A DNA stretch of 64,000 nucleotides. Origin: Phoronis australis. Taxonomy: Eukaryota; Animalia; Phoronida. The position numbers were made by a program, and so were the translations under genes. Position 1 is the first letter of the stretch; the number at the start of each line of letters is the position of its first letter. The notes below the pieces were generated by a model that made no database searches, was not told where the DNA came from, and saw only the letters and a list, made by a program, of their open reading frames with translations. Where the stretch lies: the NCBI GenBank assembly GCA_002633005.1, contig NMRA01000201.1:1-64000 (forward strand), read 5' to 3'. Shown here piece by piece: positions 62,415-64,000 of the stretch.

Positions 62415-64000
62415 AACTGTGTAATATCTAGTAAATGCTGGCCTTAACAGTATTCATAGCACCCTGGCTTCTTTTTAAGAAATTGAACATTTTTGTGGCA
62501 TGTTTTTTTAGCTTTTAAGCATTATTTTTCTTTGAACATTTTTTGTGTTTGTTTTTTCCATGCTGTTGTGAATTATTTATTTCAATAATATTGCTATGGC
62601 AATTGAAATTTTACTCTATGCTACTTTCTTTTTTGCCATTCTTTTATGGAACTTCATCAGTTAAATGTCCAAAAAACACGTTCTTGGAATTATTTTTGGA
62701 TGGGCTAGACTTCTTGAAGTTATTAGCACTGACCACAACTATAAAACAACAAAATCCATTGTTTAATACAAATTATGTGATTTATTGAAATGGCCATGGC
62801 CCAAAGTATAACATGTACAAGACAGAACATTGTCAGGTGTGTTACAAGCTGGATAATAAATTGTGACTCTTGAGAGCATGATGGACAAATTTTAGAAGTA
62901 GGATATCCGGAGTTCTCATGAGAGATTGAAATTTAGATGAAGTGGGAGAATGACAAAAACGATCACTTCAGTACTTAACCTGAAGGTCTTGGTACGCACT
63001 ACAAACTAACACAAGGTGGTATTCATCCTCTACAAATACTAGAACTTGTGTCAAATGAGCATGCCTTTTTAGCAAAATTTAGCATAAAAAGAATTTGAGG
63101 GTATATTGATAGCAAAGTGACAGCATCAACGGCATGATCAGATTTTATTGGAAATGTTCAAGATGAGATCTCAAAAACACTGTTACAGTTCTCTAAAATA
63201 TTACTTTGTTTTTGTTTTATACAACTTTAAATTTTGGTGAACCATTCCTGAGATATGGTGTTCCAAAGTTAGCTAAGTTTGGAAATTTGTCTCTAAGGTC
63301 TTACATGAACTGAAGGGACTGGATGTTTAAAAACTAGATTCTGTGAGATGCTGTAGTTAGGCTTTGGGTGTAGCTATGACTGGCTGTGTTGTTTATTACA
63401 ACTTTTTTTCAGCATGCTCTCCTTGCCAAAAGGCACCACAACTCTCATTTATCATCTTCAACTGATGTTCATGTTTCCAAAAATGCTTGAAATTACTATT
63501 AAGTCTTTGGAATGCACTAGTACACTTTTGAAAGATGTTTTATCACTCAATTTTGCCATTCGTCAAGTTCCAGGATTATGAGATTTTGTGAACATGGAAA
63601 ACTGCGATTAATATATTCTTTCCTTCATTTTCACCAGCTTGGAAGGTGGTGAATAGAAACTTTAACGTTTTATAAATTACTACAGCCTTGTATATTGATT
63701 GTTGTATTATCACATCATAGAAAGTGAACTTCAATATTATTCACTTGTCTGGCGTCCATTGTGTTACTGCACCACCATCTTCATTAAATTCTGTGTATTT
63801 GAAAATATTATGTTTCATGAGATCACCGAAAAAATTTGATCTGGGTGTGATGCTGTGTTGAAATAGCAAAATTTGGAATGAGTTTCAACAAAATTATGTT
63901 TAAATAAAGTTTTTAACCTGAGACACAGAGTATGTTAAATGTATGTTTTTATATGTTATTGAAGTAGTAAGAGTCTCTTGGGTGATAAAATATTGTGTCC

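Noticed and set aside
63618-63660. Possible further cSH2 exon or microexon (ttcaccag CTTGGAAG gtggtg)
   Set aside because: No SH2 similarity, weak donor and frame-shifting length. No third 18-type exon or the expected KIKHCR exon was found before 64000.

Overview
Eukaryotic, intron-rich, AT-rich animal genomic DNA, probably a marine invertebrate (lophotrochozoan-like is an inference). Two conserved genes lie head-to-head. UBA2/SAE2 (SUMO E1 catalytic subunit) is on the minus strand: 15 coding exons traced from ATG 19045 down to 845, with the 3' end not found in the window. A phospholipase C-gamma (PLCG1-like) gene is on the plus strand: ATG 21913, traced through nPH, EF-hands, X-box, split-PH, nSH2 and the first half of cSH2, with the 3' end beyond the window. 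All exons were read by hand, have GT-AG boundaries and keep the frame. The most striking feature is a tandem duplication of the exon encoding the N-terminal, pTyr-binding half of the autoinhibitory cSH2 domain (60926-61048 and 61862-61996). Both copies are intact and flanked by Rbfox/STAR-type splicing motifs, which makes them a candidate mutually exclusive SH2 switch. The second highlight is a solo LTR in UBA2 intron 7 that points antisense and carries clustered HSE, FOXO and ATF-type sites plus a TATA box. The introns also hold many TE relics (Kolobok-like, P/hAT-like foldback, Penelope, RTE-X-like LINE, hAT, Harbinger- and Sola-like elements), tandem repeats and a 73-nt assembly gap. Most ORFs in the supplied track are spurious.
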